Under the pieces are notes generated by a model, which saw only the letters and a list, made by a program, of their open reading frames with translations, was not told the DNA's origin and did not search any database. DNA of 64,000 nt from a virus (Duplodnaviria; Heunggongvirae; Uroviricota; Caudoviricetes): the IMG/VR virus record IMGVR_UViG_3300031998_000007; one strand, written 5' to 3'. The translations under genes and the position numbers were made by a program. This document shows, piece after piece, positions 1 to 9,776 of this stretch (the stretch's first letter is position 1; the number at the start of each line of letters is the position of its first letter).

Positions 1-27
1 CTCCCCGAAGACCTGCCGGGCACGATC

Positions 28-984
28 ATGATGAGCATTACCCGCAAGTTCCTCGACACCAAGAAGTTCGTGTATTCGTTTACGGAAAACGGTGCACTGA
101 ACCCGCAGAAACGCGCAGTTGTCGATTACAAGCCGTTGCCGGAAAAGTTCGATGCCTATGTCAAGTCCTTCAGGACGATGTTCGACAAGGGCCTGCATCG
201 CGGTATCTGCTTCGTCGGCAGTCCTGGCTGCGGCAAGAGCACGCTTATGCGCCAGATTTCCGACCGTTTCCCGGAATATATGACAATCCGCCTGGAACCG
301 GACATGTTGGACCGCCCCCAGGCGCTCCGCAACATGTACGAGTTCATCCGCGTGATGCGCAACGTGATTATTCTCTGCGACGACCTTGACGGATGGGTCA
401 AGAAGGACAATGCGAAGGACCGCCACATTTCCAAGTGGATTGAGGTGTTTGATCGCCTGAACGAGCTCCATACCAGCGACGGGGTGTCGTACCTGTTCTG
501 CTGCACGATGAACGACCCGAGCGTGGTAAACAGCACTATCATCCGCCGCAGCGGCCGTATTGACGAAGTGGAAACGATTGGCAAACTTACCCGGGAACAG
601 CTCAACTACCTGCTTCCGACGTATGATGCCGCAGTGAATGGGCAGTCGAAGACTGACTTTACTGCGCCGGAGTTCGACTGTGTGAAGGATGCCATCATCG
701 CCCGCAACTTTACCCCGGCGGACATCTACAACATCTTCTCGCATGTGGCAATCGACGGTACGTTTGCCGGTACCTACACGCCGGAGATGCTGATGGAAAC
801 CTTCACTGTTATCGAGCAGCGTAACGCGGCATCCCATACCAACTTCCTTGACGATGGGAGCGGCGGGCAGCCTGGTTTCTGGAACAACATGCCGAAGCCG
901 GAACAGGATCCTCCGTATAATCTTCCCATAAAGCATGCTACGCTCGGGGTCGATACTCCGTTCCCCGGCCAGATGCAGCAATAA
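28..984 (+). CDS. P-loop / AAA+ family ATPase
   Basis: Walker A GSPGCGKST and Walker B-like IILCDDLDG; 318 aa ORF with ATG start; followed by a hairpin terminator. Confidence 0.55.
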   Translation: MMSITRKFLDTKKFVYSFTENGALNPQKRAVVDYKPLPEKFDAYVKSFRTMFDKGLHRGICFVGSPGCGKSTLMRQISDRFPEYMTIRLEPDMLDRPQALRNMYEFIRVMRNVIILCDDLDGWVKKDNAKDRHISKWIEVFDRLNELHTSDGVSYLFCCTMNDPSVVNSTIIRRSGRIDEVETIGKLTREQLNYLLPTYDAAVNGQSKTDFTAPEFDCVKDAIIARNFTPADIYNIFSHVAIDGTFAGTYTPEMLMETFTVIEQRNAASHTNFLDDGSGGQPGFWNNMPKPEQDPPYNLPIKHATLGVDTPFPGQMQQ

Positions 985-1016
985 GTGTGTGCCATAATAG
1001 AAATCCGATAGAAACA

Positions 1017-1040
1017 GCCCGCGGGAGACCGCGGGCTTTT
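1017..1040. terminator. bidirectional intrinsic terminator between convergent genes
   Basis: gcccgcgg-gaga-ccgcgggc hairpin followed by TTTT; lies between the +ATPase gene and the minus-strand ORF ending at 1045. Confidence 0.6.
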
Positions 1041-1044
1041 ACGT

Positions 1045-2058
1045 TTACCACATCCCGAACTTGTTGCTGCAGGCATACCAGTCCGGGTCCTGCGTGACGT
1101 TCTTGACGCACTTCTTGACTTCCGGTGGGTGGAACAGGACATCCTTCTTCATCTCGTCCACGATGTCCGAGACGTCGAAGGCGTAGCCCGGGGTGATGCT
1201 CGTGGCCTGCTGTTCCCCGGTTGCTCCGGTCTGGAGGTTGTTCAGGCCGAGGAGGTTGTCGATGAAGTGGCGCTGCTCCGGGTCGTTCTTCACGCTCTCG
1301 GAGACCTGCATGCCGTTGTCGAGTGCGACTTCGAGGTAGAGCTTCCAGAAATACTTTCTCCACTTGTATTCGTATTCCGGGATCTCGTCGGTGACGCTGC
1401 TGACGTTATAGAGCTTGTTGTCGTAGAGCGGTTTCAGCTTGTCCCCGGCCTTGGGGAAAATCTGGTCCGCCGTATAGCCGAAGTAACGGAATTCCTCGTA
1501 GCCGCGCTGCCACCAGATGGGGTTGTGCTCCTTCGGGTCGCATTTCGGCACCACGCCTTCCCTTCGGAGGCTTGCGTAGTTCCGTTCGAGGAACAGCGGC
1601 ATGTGGAGGTAGATTTCCTGCTTCGCCGTGTATTGGAGACCGAAGCGCTTGTAGAGCTCGTTCTGCGGGTTGAAACCGACGAGGGCCGGTATCTCGAAGT
1701 ACCGGTCTATCGTGCGGTTGTTGTCCTCCTTGTGGAGGGGGTCCGAGCTGACATCGAAGGTGGTCGTGTAGTAGGCGAACTTCGTGCCGGCCTGGCGCTT
1801 CATTACCGCCTTGATCATGACGTCGTAGCGGTTCTGGTCGCGGAACGAGTTGTGCTGGCGGAAGTGGTAGGTGTAGCCCTTGTCTTCCGTATGCTCGAAC
1901 TCGGGCTGGTTGGCCTGTATCTTTTCGGGGCGCTCGACGAAACCCTGGGCACGCTTGTTCCAGAACGGCATTGATACGTTCGCTAGGACGCTGAAATTGG
2001 GAACGAGGCGCGATGTGTGGCGGACGTTCGCCTTGATGTCGAGTATGAGTTCGGGCAT
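1045..2058 (-). CDS. hypothetical protein
   Basis: 337 aa ORF, GC3-rich codon usage, no recognisable motif. Confidence 0.55.
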   Translation of the reverse strand: MPELILDIKANVRHTSRLVPNFSVLANVSMPFWNKRAQGFVERPEKIQANQPEFEHTEDKGYTYHFRQHNSFRDQNRYDVMIKAVMKRQAGTKFAYYTTTFDVSSDPLHKEDNNRTIDRYFEIPALVGFNPQNELYKRFGLQYTAKQEIYLHMPLFLERNYASLRREGVVPKCDPKEHNPIWWQRGYEEFRYFGYTADQIFPKAGDKLKPLYDNKLYNVSSVTDEIPEYEYKWRKYFWKLYLEVALDNGMQVSESVKNDPEQRHFIDNLLGLNNLQTGATGEQQATSITPGYAFDVSDIVDEMKKDVLFHPPEVKKCVKNVTQDPDWYACSNKFGMW

Positions 2059-2144
2059 GCCAATAGTTTAGAGACTGGCGGTCCGAAAACTGCCCCGCGA
2101 CCCCTCCGGGACTATAAACTAGGGATAAGTTTTGGATCAAGAGA

Positions 2145-4778
2145 ATGGCAGCCAGGAAATATACTAAAATACGGTTCGAGGACATCCAGTCCGAACTGAT
2201 GACCATTTTGAAGGCCAAGGGCGGACCCCTCGCTGACCTCTCCGACAGCTCATACGGTCGTATCCTCCTCGACCTGTTCGCGGGCACCGCGGACCTCATG
2301 GCGTATTACGCAGAATCGTCCTTCCAGAACGCTTTCCTGGAAACGGCGACCAACCTCGGGTCCATCTATGCCGGTGGCCGCATGCTCGGCTACAGCCCGA
2401 GACGCCCCGTTCCCGCAAAGGCGGGCGTCGGCATTCAGACCACGACGACGGGCCAGTATGACACGATCCGCGTGTTCATCCCGAAGGGCTGTGAATTTGC
2501 CCTCGGCGGGCTCACGCTCACCGCAATGTCCGACATGGAGTTTTCCTATGACCGCAACCTGGACGCGAACCACACGGGCCTCATGACGCTCATGAGCGGC
2601 TATGCCGTCCTCGCGGAAGGTATCAGCAAGACGGTGAACTTCGTGTCTTCCGGCAAGCAGCACCAGGTATTCATCATCAACGACCCTACGTTTGCCGACT
2701 ATTTTGGTGAAAGCGACCCGAATTATGCCGATGACGGCAACGTTTCACACCGCGCGTCGGGTTTCACGACGGTGACTTCCGATGCGACGCTCGTTGACGG
2801 GGTCGATATGGACTCCGTCATGGCCGACCGTCTCTACTGGCGAATTTCCCGCCGCGGTTTCACGGATCCGTCCAAGGATTCTTCCGCCAACGACCTTTCC
2901 GGCTTTGTCCCGGGTTCCGGCAGCTACACGACCAACTATACCGTAATCCTGAACACGTCCAACGACGGCAACGTCCAGATGAAGTTCAGCGACGGTCTCA
3001 AGGCGGCAATCCCTTACGGCATCATCTCCGTGACCTACTTCTCCACGCATGGCGAAGCGGGCAACCTGACCAACGTTTCCGGCTCTACGCTTTCGACATC
3101 TGCCTCCAGCATCACGATTACGCAGGCCGACGGTTCCGAGAGTGACATCACGATTAACGACCTCAACATCGCGCTCACTACCGACATCAGCGGTGGCCAG
3201 CCGATGGAAAGCGCCGAGTCCATCAAGAACAACTCCCCGGAAATCTACAACACGCTCGACCACCTCATCAACGGCACGAGTTACAGCGTGTTCCTCCGCC
3301 GCTATGCGGACGTGAAGTATGCGATTGCTTTCGGCGAAGACATCCTCAATACGAAACTGAGGAACGGTGGCATCAATGTGAAGTATATGAACCAGGTGCG
3401 TTTCTCCGCGTTGAAGGACCTTTACCGCGAGCGTGAGGGCACTTACTACCCGACCACTTCCGACGAGTATTTCCTTTCCGGCGCGAAGGTCAATGGCCTC
3501 ATGTACACCTGGGAATACGATTACCAGGATGTCGATGCGATTGGCGCGGTGAACCAGACCGAGCTGCGGAATACGATTGAGGCAATCCGCACAAAGCTGG
3601 CTTCCGACCTTGCCGCCAACCATCTCGGTAGCCGCTGGGTGGACGGCGCGTCTGACCCGGAAGGCTTCGCCAACGAAATCATCTCGAACTACCTTACCGC
3701 CCTTGTCCCGAAATACCCGCTCGACTACAAGGTGTTCAACGCGAACCTCAGCCCGATGGATTTCGTCGAGCCGGGTTCCGAGCTGCACTCCATCATGGTT
3801 GCACTCAACCGTCGCGGCATGCTTACCGTAGGTGGCGGGTTCCACTCCTACGTCTATCCGTCCGTGCACACGATGCAGCTGCTCATGGACGTTACCCTCT
3901 ACAAGGGCAACAAGTTCACCGACATCCGCGACCGCATCAAGAATGTGGTCTATGCCTACTTGAAGGACAACACGGAGTTCTCCGTCCCGATCTACCGTTC
4001 CCGCATCGAGGCGCTCATCCACCAGATGGTCGAGGTGGCCGGCGTGGATGTCCGTTTCGAGCCGATTGATGACGGGTTCCGCAACCTCGACCTTGCCACC
4101 CTCCCGTGGCTCGGCGAGCTGACCTACGAGTATATCACGCCGGATTCCGTCGATGATGAGGGCAACGAGTTCACCTTGCAGTATCGCTATGCCGGGGAGG
4201 CATCCGCTTCCCTCCATCAGGACGTGTTCAAGATGCGCAAGCAGACCGGCGAGATGGACCAGGGCAGCATGCAATACCGCATACAGGAGTTCTACAAGCA
4301 GAATGTGGCCCCGAAACTCGCTGCCGGCAAGCTGACCGACAAGCAGATCGATACGTTCGTCGCCTACATCTGGGAACAGGTGATGCAGGAGATTTTCACC
4401 CCGGTTTACGAGGCGCTGACCGAGGCCCGCACTACCGGCGACGTGGCTACTGCCGGGCGCCTCTATGACGTAATCAACGCCATCAAGGGCTGGAGCATGG
4501 AAGCCGACGGGCTTACGTTCAAGGACACCGAGAACGTGGTCGGCATGGCCGAAATCAACGGTTCCGGCCTTTACAGCTACATGCGCTATGGCCAGGAGTA
4601 TATCAAGCTGGTGCGCAACGTGCTCGAATACTACGTGTGCGCGTCGCTCATCGACGAGCAGGGCAACATCACCAACTACTCCAACCGCAACGAAATCGTG
4701 CAGATAGTGATTCCTACCGAGGGCATCGAGCTTTCTGTCGATTACAATGTCTCACTTAAGACTTCGATGGATACCTAA
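2145..4778 (+). CDS. large hypothetical protein, virion structural-like (877 aa)
   Basis: 877 aa uninterrupted ORF, Ser/Thr/Gly/Asn-rich like tail or baseplate proteins; stop overlaps the start of the next ORF (ATGA). Confidence 0.65.
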   Translation: MAARKYTKIRFEDIQSELMTILKAKGGPLADLSDSSYGRILLDLFAGTADLMAYYAESSFQNAFLETATNLGSIYAGGRMLGYSPRRPVPAKAGVGIQTTTTGQYDTIRVFIPKGCEFALGGLTLTAMSDMEFSYDRNLDANHTGLMTLMSGYAVLAEGISKTVNFVSSGKQHQVFIINDPTFADYFGESDPNYADDGNVSHRASGFTTVTSDATLVDGVDMDSVMADRLYWRISRRGFTDPSKDSSANDLSGFVPGSGSYTTNYTVILNTSNDGNVQMKFSDGLKAAIPYGIISVTYFSTHGEAGNLTNVSGSTLSTSASSITITQADGSESDITINDLNIALTTDISGGQPMESAESIKNNSPEIYNTLDHLINGTSYSVFLRRYADVKYAIAFGEDILNTKLRNGGINVKYMNQVRFSALKDLYREREGTYYPTTSDEYFLSGAKVNGLMYTWEYDYQDVDAIGAVNQTELRNTIEAIRTKLASDLAANHLGSRWVDGASDPEGFANEIISNYLTALVPKYPLDYKVFNANLSPMDFVEPGSELHSIMVALNRRGMLTVGGGFHSYVYPSVHTMQLLMDVTLYKGNKFTDIRDRIKNVVYAYLKDNTEFSVPIYRSRIEALIHQMVEVAGVDVRFEPIDDGFRNLDLATLPWLGELTYEYITPDSVDDEGNEFTLQYRYAGEASASLHQDVFKMRKQTGEMDQGSMQYRIQEFYKQNVAPKLAAGKLTDKQIDTFVAYIWEQVMQEIFTPVYEALTEARTTGDVATAGRLYDVINAIKGWSMEADGLTFKDTENVVGMAEINGSGLYSYMRYGQEYIKLVRNVLEYYVCASLIDEQGNITNYSNRNEIVQIVIPTEGIELSVDYNVSLKTSMDT

Positions 4779-7700
4779 TGAGAGCGATACCGTATAACGA
4801 CGGCGGTCAGTTTAGACACAGCGACTTTGTCGCCTACCTCCCGGACTTCCTGAAGACGGAGCCCGACGTTGTAGAGTTCGTCCAGGTGATGAGCGACTAC
4901 ATCAACAACGCATATCGCAACCTGCGGACGACCACCGAGTTCGAGATTGTCCGGGTGTGCTCCGAAACGGACGTGTTCCGTGTCAAGCAGGCGCAGTCCA
5001 AGTTGAAGGACATGTTCGAGCACGCCATGCACAGGGCATCCCCCATCCTGCTCCTTTCCGCGCCGCGCAACAACGTGCGCAGCAACGCCGCCCTGGGCAA
5101 CGTAAACGCGGAATATCCGGTTACCATGCGCGTCCAGACCGAGAAGGAGGACGTGGTTCCCAATGCCTCGATCAGGGGCCTCGGGACCGGCGTCGCCGAC
5201 GGCCAGGTCGTGTATGTCGAGTTTGCCGGTGGGGATGTGCACCCCTATTACTATGACAAGGCTTCCGACAGCCTTCGCCCCGACCCGATGGGAAATTCCC
5301 AGGACCCGTTCGACGGGACCGACAATACCACGGACAGCGTGGTTTCCTTCGTCGTTGACGAGGTGGGGAGTGTCTATGCCCGTTACTTGAAGACGGTAAA
5401 CGGGATCAACTACTACGAAGTCTATTTCCGCTTCCATGTGTCGTCGGTGTCCCGCACGGTGGAGAGTGGCGAGAACGGAAACCTCGTGGTTGACTACCTC
5501 AACTACGTGGTGAACCCTGGCGACCATATCAGGACGTCCCTCGTATCTACCGACAGCGCCGTGTATTCATGGAAGAACGGTTTCCCGACCGGCATGTTCT
5601 ACATGCGCGACATGAGCACGGCCAACATCGTGAACCTTTCCGGTGACGGCGGGGACATGGCGAAGGACCCGTCCCAGGCCGATGTCACCGAGAAATGTGC
5701 AATCGCGACTGCAGAATACAGTTCCGGCGTGCTCCGGCTTACGTTCAAGCAGCTCCCGACAATCGCCGACGGGGCATACTGCTATCTCGTCCATCGCAAG
5801 AACAAGGACGTTTACTACGAGTTCAAGATGAGCTTCCCCGACCCGTCTTCGACGATGGCGGTGGATGGCCTCGTCACGCTCACGCTCGTGCCCACACGCG
5901 CCTGCGACATGACGGCAATCGTGGAGAACATCACGCAGTATGAGTTCACCCAATATCCGCTCTTCGAGAGCTACTGGTCACTCGACTACGAGCACCCGAA
6001 GACGGTGGTCAAGTGGAATGCGCAGGTTCCCCTCTGCGGTCATGGGACGATAAGCTCCGGGAAGGCCTCCTTCCGTGGCTACCGCGATGCCGACATCGTG
6101 AATGATGTCGTGTATGAGGGATATGTCCCGAGTTCTCGCCTCTGCGGCGGTGACGGCTTCTACATGGACCATGGCGACTTTGACATCGGCGACCCGGTGT
6201 ATTCCGACGACCTCATGTGGGAAGGGGTCGCGATGATCCGCGACAAGGTTACCGGCGTGTTTATCGACGGTATCGAATATACGCAGTATTTCCTCAGCGA
6301 GGGTGTCCGCGTGGCCCGTTCCTCATACGGGAAGAAGGTCAACATCACCCGCGTCCGCGGCGGTATCATCACCGCAGGGTCGGACAGCAACGCCGACTGT
6401 GTCTATTCTGGCGATACGATGCCTTCCGCGGGGGACTTGCTTTTGCTGACGGCGGTCGATGACCCGATGGACCGGCACTTCATGCAGGTCGCCAGCGCGG
6501 CAGACCGCACAGTGTTTTTCGATTGCAGCACCCTGTCAATCGGCAAGCGCTATTTCGTCACCAAGCTCGTCAAGGACGAGAGCATGTTCGCGAACGGCGT
6601 AGTCCGCTATATCTATGGCGATGACGAGACCTCCGCGGTGCTCGATTTCTGTACCGGCATCAAGATTACTACGGCCAAGTGGCTCGTTGCGACTGACCGC
6701 GAGACGGAAGGCAAGGCCCTCCTCGTCATGACGACCGGCGTCAAGACCGACGGCGAACAGCTGTTTGACGGGGACCTTGTTTACGATCCGGTCGATGACC
6801 AGATTGACGAGGTCCGTCACGGGATGCGCTATGCCGACAAGCTCTCTTGTCGCGCGTTCAATTTCATCTCGATCCGTAACCAGTTTGTCCCGTTCTTTGG
6901 GCAGTATGACACGCTCGAACTCGGCGAGGAGCCGGATTACTCCCTCCCGCACGATGTCCTTACTTCGCTGACCTACATCCGCAAGGTGAACACGACTGGC
7001 CTGAAATTTGGCTACAAGGACAGGGAATGGCTCTATCATGCGGCGGAGCTGAATATCGCTGCCGATGACCGCAACGGTTTCGTGGAGTTCATGTCCGCTG
7101 GCCAGTATTCCGACATCGTTGACAGCGACCTGACCAAGTTCCGGGATGCCGTAATCGACTATCCTGTGGTTGCCTATGGTGCCGACAAGGAAATCCGCAA
7201 TGACATCGACTCCGTGATGGCCGTCGATAACAACGACGGGACATGGACAGTTACCGTGTCCTCTGCCGCGCACGGGCTCGTCGACGGCGTTACCGTGGAT
7301 ATTTCCGGCATCGACAGCGAGGATGCGCTCGCGAACGACATCCTGTTCAATCTTTCCGGCGTGGCCGTGCATGTCGTGGATAACGACACCGTGAGCTACA
7401 CCGTGGAAACCGACGAGGTGTTTACCCGCCGCGTGTTCGAGATTTCCGACCAGGATGCGGTGATGGTCTATGACCGTTCATACAGGTATTCAGTGGCGGG
7501 TGTCCGCGTCAGCGACGATCCGGTTTCCGGCAATACCTACCTTCTCCGCGTGGAGGCGGTGAACGGTGACGGGGTGCTCCATGTGGGCCGCTCGCTCACT
7601 TTCGACAAGTGCTTTGTCCAGTTCCCCAATCTCCTCGAACCGGTCGAGCTTACCGGGACGCACGAGATTATTTCCGACCCGGCTGCGGGCAGCTCCGACA

Positions 7701-9754
7701 CGGACAAGTATGCCTGCATCGAGTATTCGTTCGGCGTGGATGTCCATGGACAGCAGGGAACTCCCGTTTCCGGCGCTGCCATCAGGATAGCCCCGGAAGA
7801 AGGCGACATCGTCACCGTCGGGGAAACCCTTTACAGGGTAGGCCCGGGCGCATGGGAAGAACTTGACCCGAAGGCCATCATCACGCCATGCACGCTGTAT
7901 TCTAGGCAGAACCTGTTCGACACGTCGGACGACAATCCGGTGAACTCCATGGGCGAGACGGTAAATATCCGTTCCATCCGCTACATGGGCGACGGACGCG
8001 CCCTCGTCGAGCTCTCGAAGTCCGTCCCGTATCTCAACAAGGCCGATGCCAAGTATGCGAACGGGAGCATGGAGGTGTTCATCTCCAATGTCTATCCGAC
8101 CGAATATAACGGCTGGCATACTGTCGAGGAGGTCATGGGCGCCGGGTTCATCGTGATCCGCGTGAACGACCAGACGGGAACTCCGCTTCTCGACGGCAAC
8201 CCGGTGGATAACCGCGTGATGGAACTCCGCCCGGGAACGTGGTACAAGTACACCATCAAGAGCCTTGAATGGGACCGCGTTTCCCACTGCACCACCTATT
8301 CCATGCAGAACGTGGTCGTGGAGGCCCATGCGGGCGTCGCGGCGAACGGAGAGAACGAGGCGTGGACCTATATCACCACCAAGGCGCCGCACAGGTTCTC
8401 CGAGCACGATTTCATCGTGGTTGACTATGCGGGCACCGGTGTGGCCGACATGAAGAGCGGAACCGCGGTAAGGCTTGCCAGGGCCTATGTCATGAAGGTT
8501 ACGGGCGACTGCACGTTTGCCGTGTATGGCAACTATGTGCCCGCCTGCGAAGCCGGCACGAGCACCGTATTCAAGGGCTATGTCCTTGACAAGGCGGGAG
8601 ACAACCTGCGCAACCTGCAGGGTGCCTATGCGTTCAATTCTGCCAGCTACGGGCAGGTGCTGCGTTTTGCCGATGGCGACATCGTGGTTGCACTTGCGCA
8701 GTCCAGGCCGGACGAGCGTATCGGATGGCGTGTGTCCGCAAATGCCAGCTGGATTCCCGTCCGCACGAAGCGCGTCATGAAGATCCGCGACATCTCGGTG
8801 GACATGATGAAGAACGCCGCATACCTCGAAGCCGGTTCGGAAGACGGGGTGCCGGAATACCTGTATATCCCGCACGACCACATCAGCGTGATGAAGGCTG
8901 CCGAGACGCAGGATTCTACATATACCGTCCCGCGCGGGTTCGCGCGTAACTACAATTTCGACAACAAGGCGCTCGAAAACATCGACACTACCGGCAACGG
9001 CATGCTCCAGTATTCATCGAAGTATGACTACGGTTCTGTCGCTTCCCGTCGCAACATGGATTCGTCCTTCAAGGGCGTTCCCGACATGGGCTATCCGCTT
9101 GCCGAAAAGATCGAGCGTCTCGCCTACCTCCGCGACGCGAGCGTCATCGACTATGACCTCATCGGGTATCTCGCGAGGTTCATGGGCTTCGACATCTCCG
9201 GCATGGACGACAACATCAACGAGAACCCCCTCTACAACACGGAAGCCATGCGCCGCATGGCCGTCAGGTCCGTCGTGGAGAACCTCCCGGACATCTACTC
9301 GCACTCAGGCACCGATGCGGGCGTATGCGCCGTGATGTCCCTGTTTGGCGTCGTGGGCAAGGTCCTGACGAAGTGGACCGAGACGAGCCAGCCGTATGTC
9401 GAGCTGCTTTCCGCGGACGAGGTCGCCGAGCGTATCGAGACCGAGGGCGAAATCAAGAGCAAGTGGGTCCCGACACCGCACATCGACCTTGAAGTGCAGG
9501 CCGAGACGGCTACCGGGCGCAGTCTGGTGGGTATCAACTCGATGGACTACTTGAAGGACATCATCCGGGTAATCAAGCCTATCGACGTGGTGTTCGACAA
9601 GCTCTGCATCGTCATCAACGCGACGTTCGACGTCGGTGTCAGCTTGTCCGTCCACGGTGGCACGCTGTCCGCGGGCAGCAGCCCGTTCGCCTCTACGGCG
9701 GGCGAGGACGTGATAATCGTTGACGGCCCGATTGACGAGGACTGCCTGCAGTAG
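4778..9754 (+). CDS. very large hypothetical protein, putative virion structural or tail-fibre-like (1658 aa)
   Basis: 1658 aa uninterrupted ORF, translationally coupled to the upstream 877 aa ORF; Gly/Asp/Val/Thr-rich. Confidence 0.7.
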   Translation: MRAIPYNDGGQFRHSDFVAYLPDFLKTEPDVVEFVQVMSDYINNAYRNLRTTTEFEIVRVCSETDVFRVKQAQSKLKDMFEHAMHRASPILLLSAPRNNVRSNAALGNVNAEYPVTMRVQTEKEDVVPNASIRGLGTGVADGQVVYVEFAGGDVHPYYYDKASDSLRPDPMGNSQDPFDGTDNTTDSVVSFVVDEVGSVYARYLKTVNGINYYEVYFRFHVSSVSRTVESGENGNLVVDYLNYVVNPGDHIRTSLVSTDSAVYSWKNGFPTGMFYMRDMSTANIVNLSGDGGDMAKDPSQADVTEKCAIATAEYSSGVLRLTFKQLPTIADGAYCYLVHRKNKDVYYEFKMSFPDPSSTMAVDGLVTLTLVPTRACDMTAIVENITQYEFTQYPLFESYWSLDYEHPKTVVKWNAQVPLCGHGTISSGKASFRGYRDADIVNDVVYEGYVPSSRLCGGDGFYMDHGDFDIGDPVYSDDLMWEGVAMIRDKVTGVFIDGIEYTQYFLSEGVRVARSSYGKKVNITRVRGGIITAGSDSNADCVYSGDTMPSAGDLLLLTAVDDPMDRHFMQVASAADRTVFFDCSTLSIGKRYFVTKLVKDESMFANGVVRYIYGDDETSAVLDFCTGIKITTAKWLVATDRETEGKALLVMTTGVKTDGEQLFDGDLVYDPVDDQIDEVRHGMRYADKLSCRAFNFISIRNQFVPFFGQYDTLELGEEPDYSLPHDVLTSLTYIRKVNTTGLKFGYKDREWLYHAAELNIAADDRNGFVEFMSAGQYSDIVDSDLTKFRDAVIDYPVVAYGADKEIRNDIDSVMAVDNNDGTWTVTVSSAAHGLVDGVTVDISGIDSEDALANDILFNLSGVAVHVVDNDTVSYTVETDEVFTRRVFEISDQDAVMVYDRSYRYSVAGVRVSDDPVSGNTYLLRVEAVNGDGVLHVGRSLTFDKCFVQFPNLLEPVELTGTHEIISDPAAGSSDTDKYACIEYSFGVDVHGQQGTPVSGAAIRIAPEEGDIVTVGETLYRVGPGAWEELDPKAIITPCTLYSRQNLFDTSDDNPVNSMGETVNIRSIRYMGDGRALVELSKSVPYLNKADAKYANGSMEVFISNVYPTEYNGWHTVEEVMGAGFIVIRVNDQTGTPLLDGNPVDNRVMELRPGTWYKYTIKSLEWDRVSHCTTYSMQNVVVEAHAGVAANGENEAWTYITTKAPHRFSEHDFIVVDYAGTGVADMKSGTAVRLARAYVMKVTGDCTFAVYGNYVPACEAGTSTVFKGYVLDKAGDNLRNLQGAYAFNSASYGQVLRFADGDIVVALAQSRPDERIGWRVSANASWIPVRTKRVMKIRDISVDMMKNAAYLEAGSEDGVPEYLYIPHDHISVMKAAETQDSTYTVPRGFARNYNFDNKALENIDTTGNGMLQYSSKYDYGSVASRRNMDSSFKGVPDMGYPLAEKIERLAYLRDASVIDYDLIGYLARFMGFDISGMDDNINENPLYNTEAMRRMAVRSVVENLPDIYSHSGTDAGVCAVMSLFGVVGKVLTKWTETSQPYVELLSADEVAERIETEGEIKSKWVPTPHIDLEVQAETATGRSLVGINSMDYLKDIIRVIKPIDVVFDKLCIVINATFDVGVSLSVHGGTLSAGSSPFASTAGEDVIIVDGPIDEDCLQ

Positions 9755-9769
9755 TTTTTGCTATATTTC
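9755..9769 (+). promoter_or_regulatory. extended -10 promoter motif TTTTTGCTATATTTC
   Basis: Conserved AT-rich 15-mer in GC-rich DNA; ends 7 nt before the ATG at 9777 (leaderless arrangement). Confidence 0.6.
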
Positions 9770-9776
9770 ATCTACC

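Noticed and set aside
2745-4274. 509-aa minus-strand ORF inside the 877-aa gene (and similar long antisense ORFs at 7490-8881, 42334-44250, 44536-46689, 50385-52145, 59251-60885, 17580-18398, 36199-37128)
   Set aside because: All lie antisense to well-supported genes, have His/Arg/Val/Gly-heavy compositions and no start context; they are artefacts of the low stop-codon frequency in high-GC DNA
9720-9776. N-terminal extensions of several ORF-tool calls (9720, 15861, 20859, 39638, 56692, 58301)
   Set aside because: The extensions translate the conserved TTTTGCTATATTTC promoter (giving FCYISG or KFVYYS) or begin at TTG/GTG inside it; starts were moved to the first ATG after the motif
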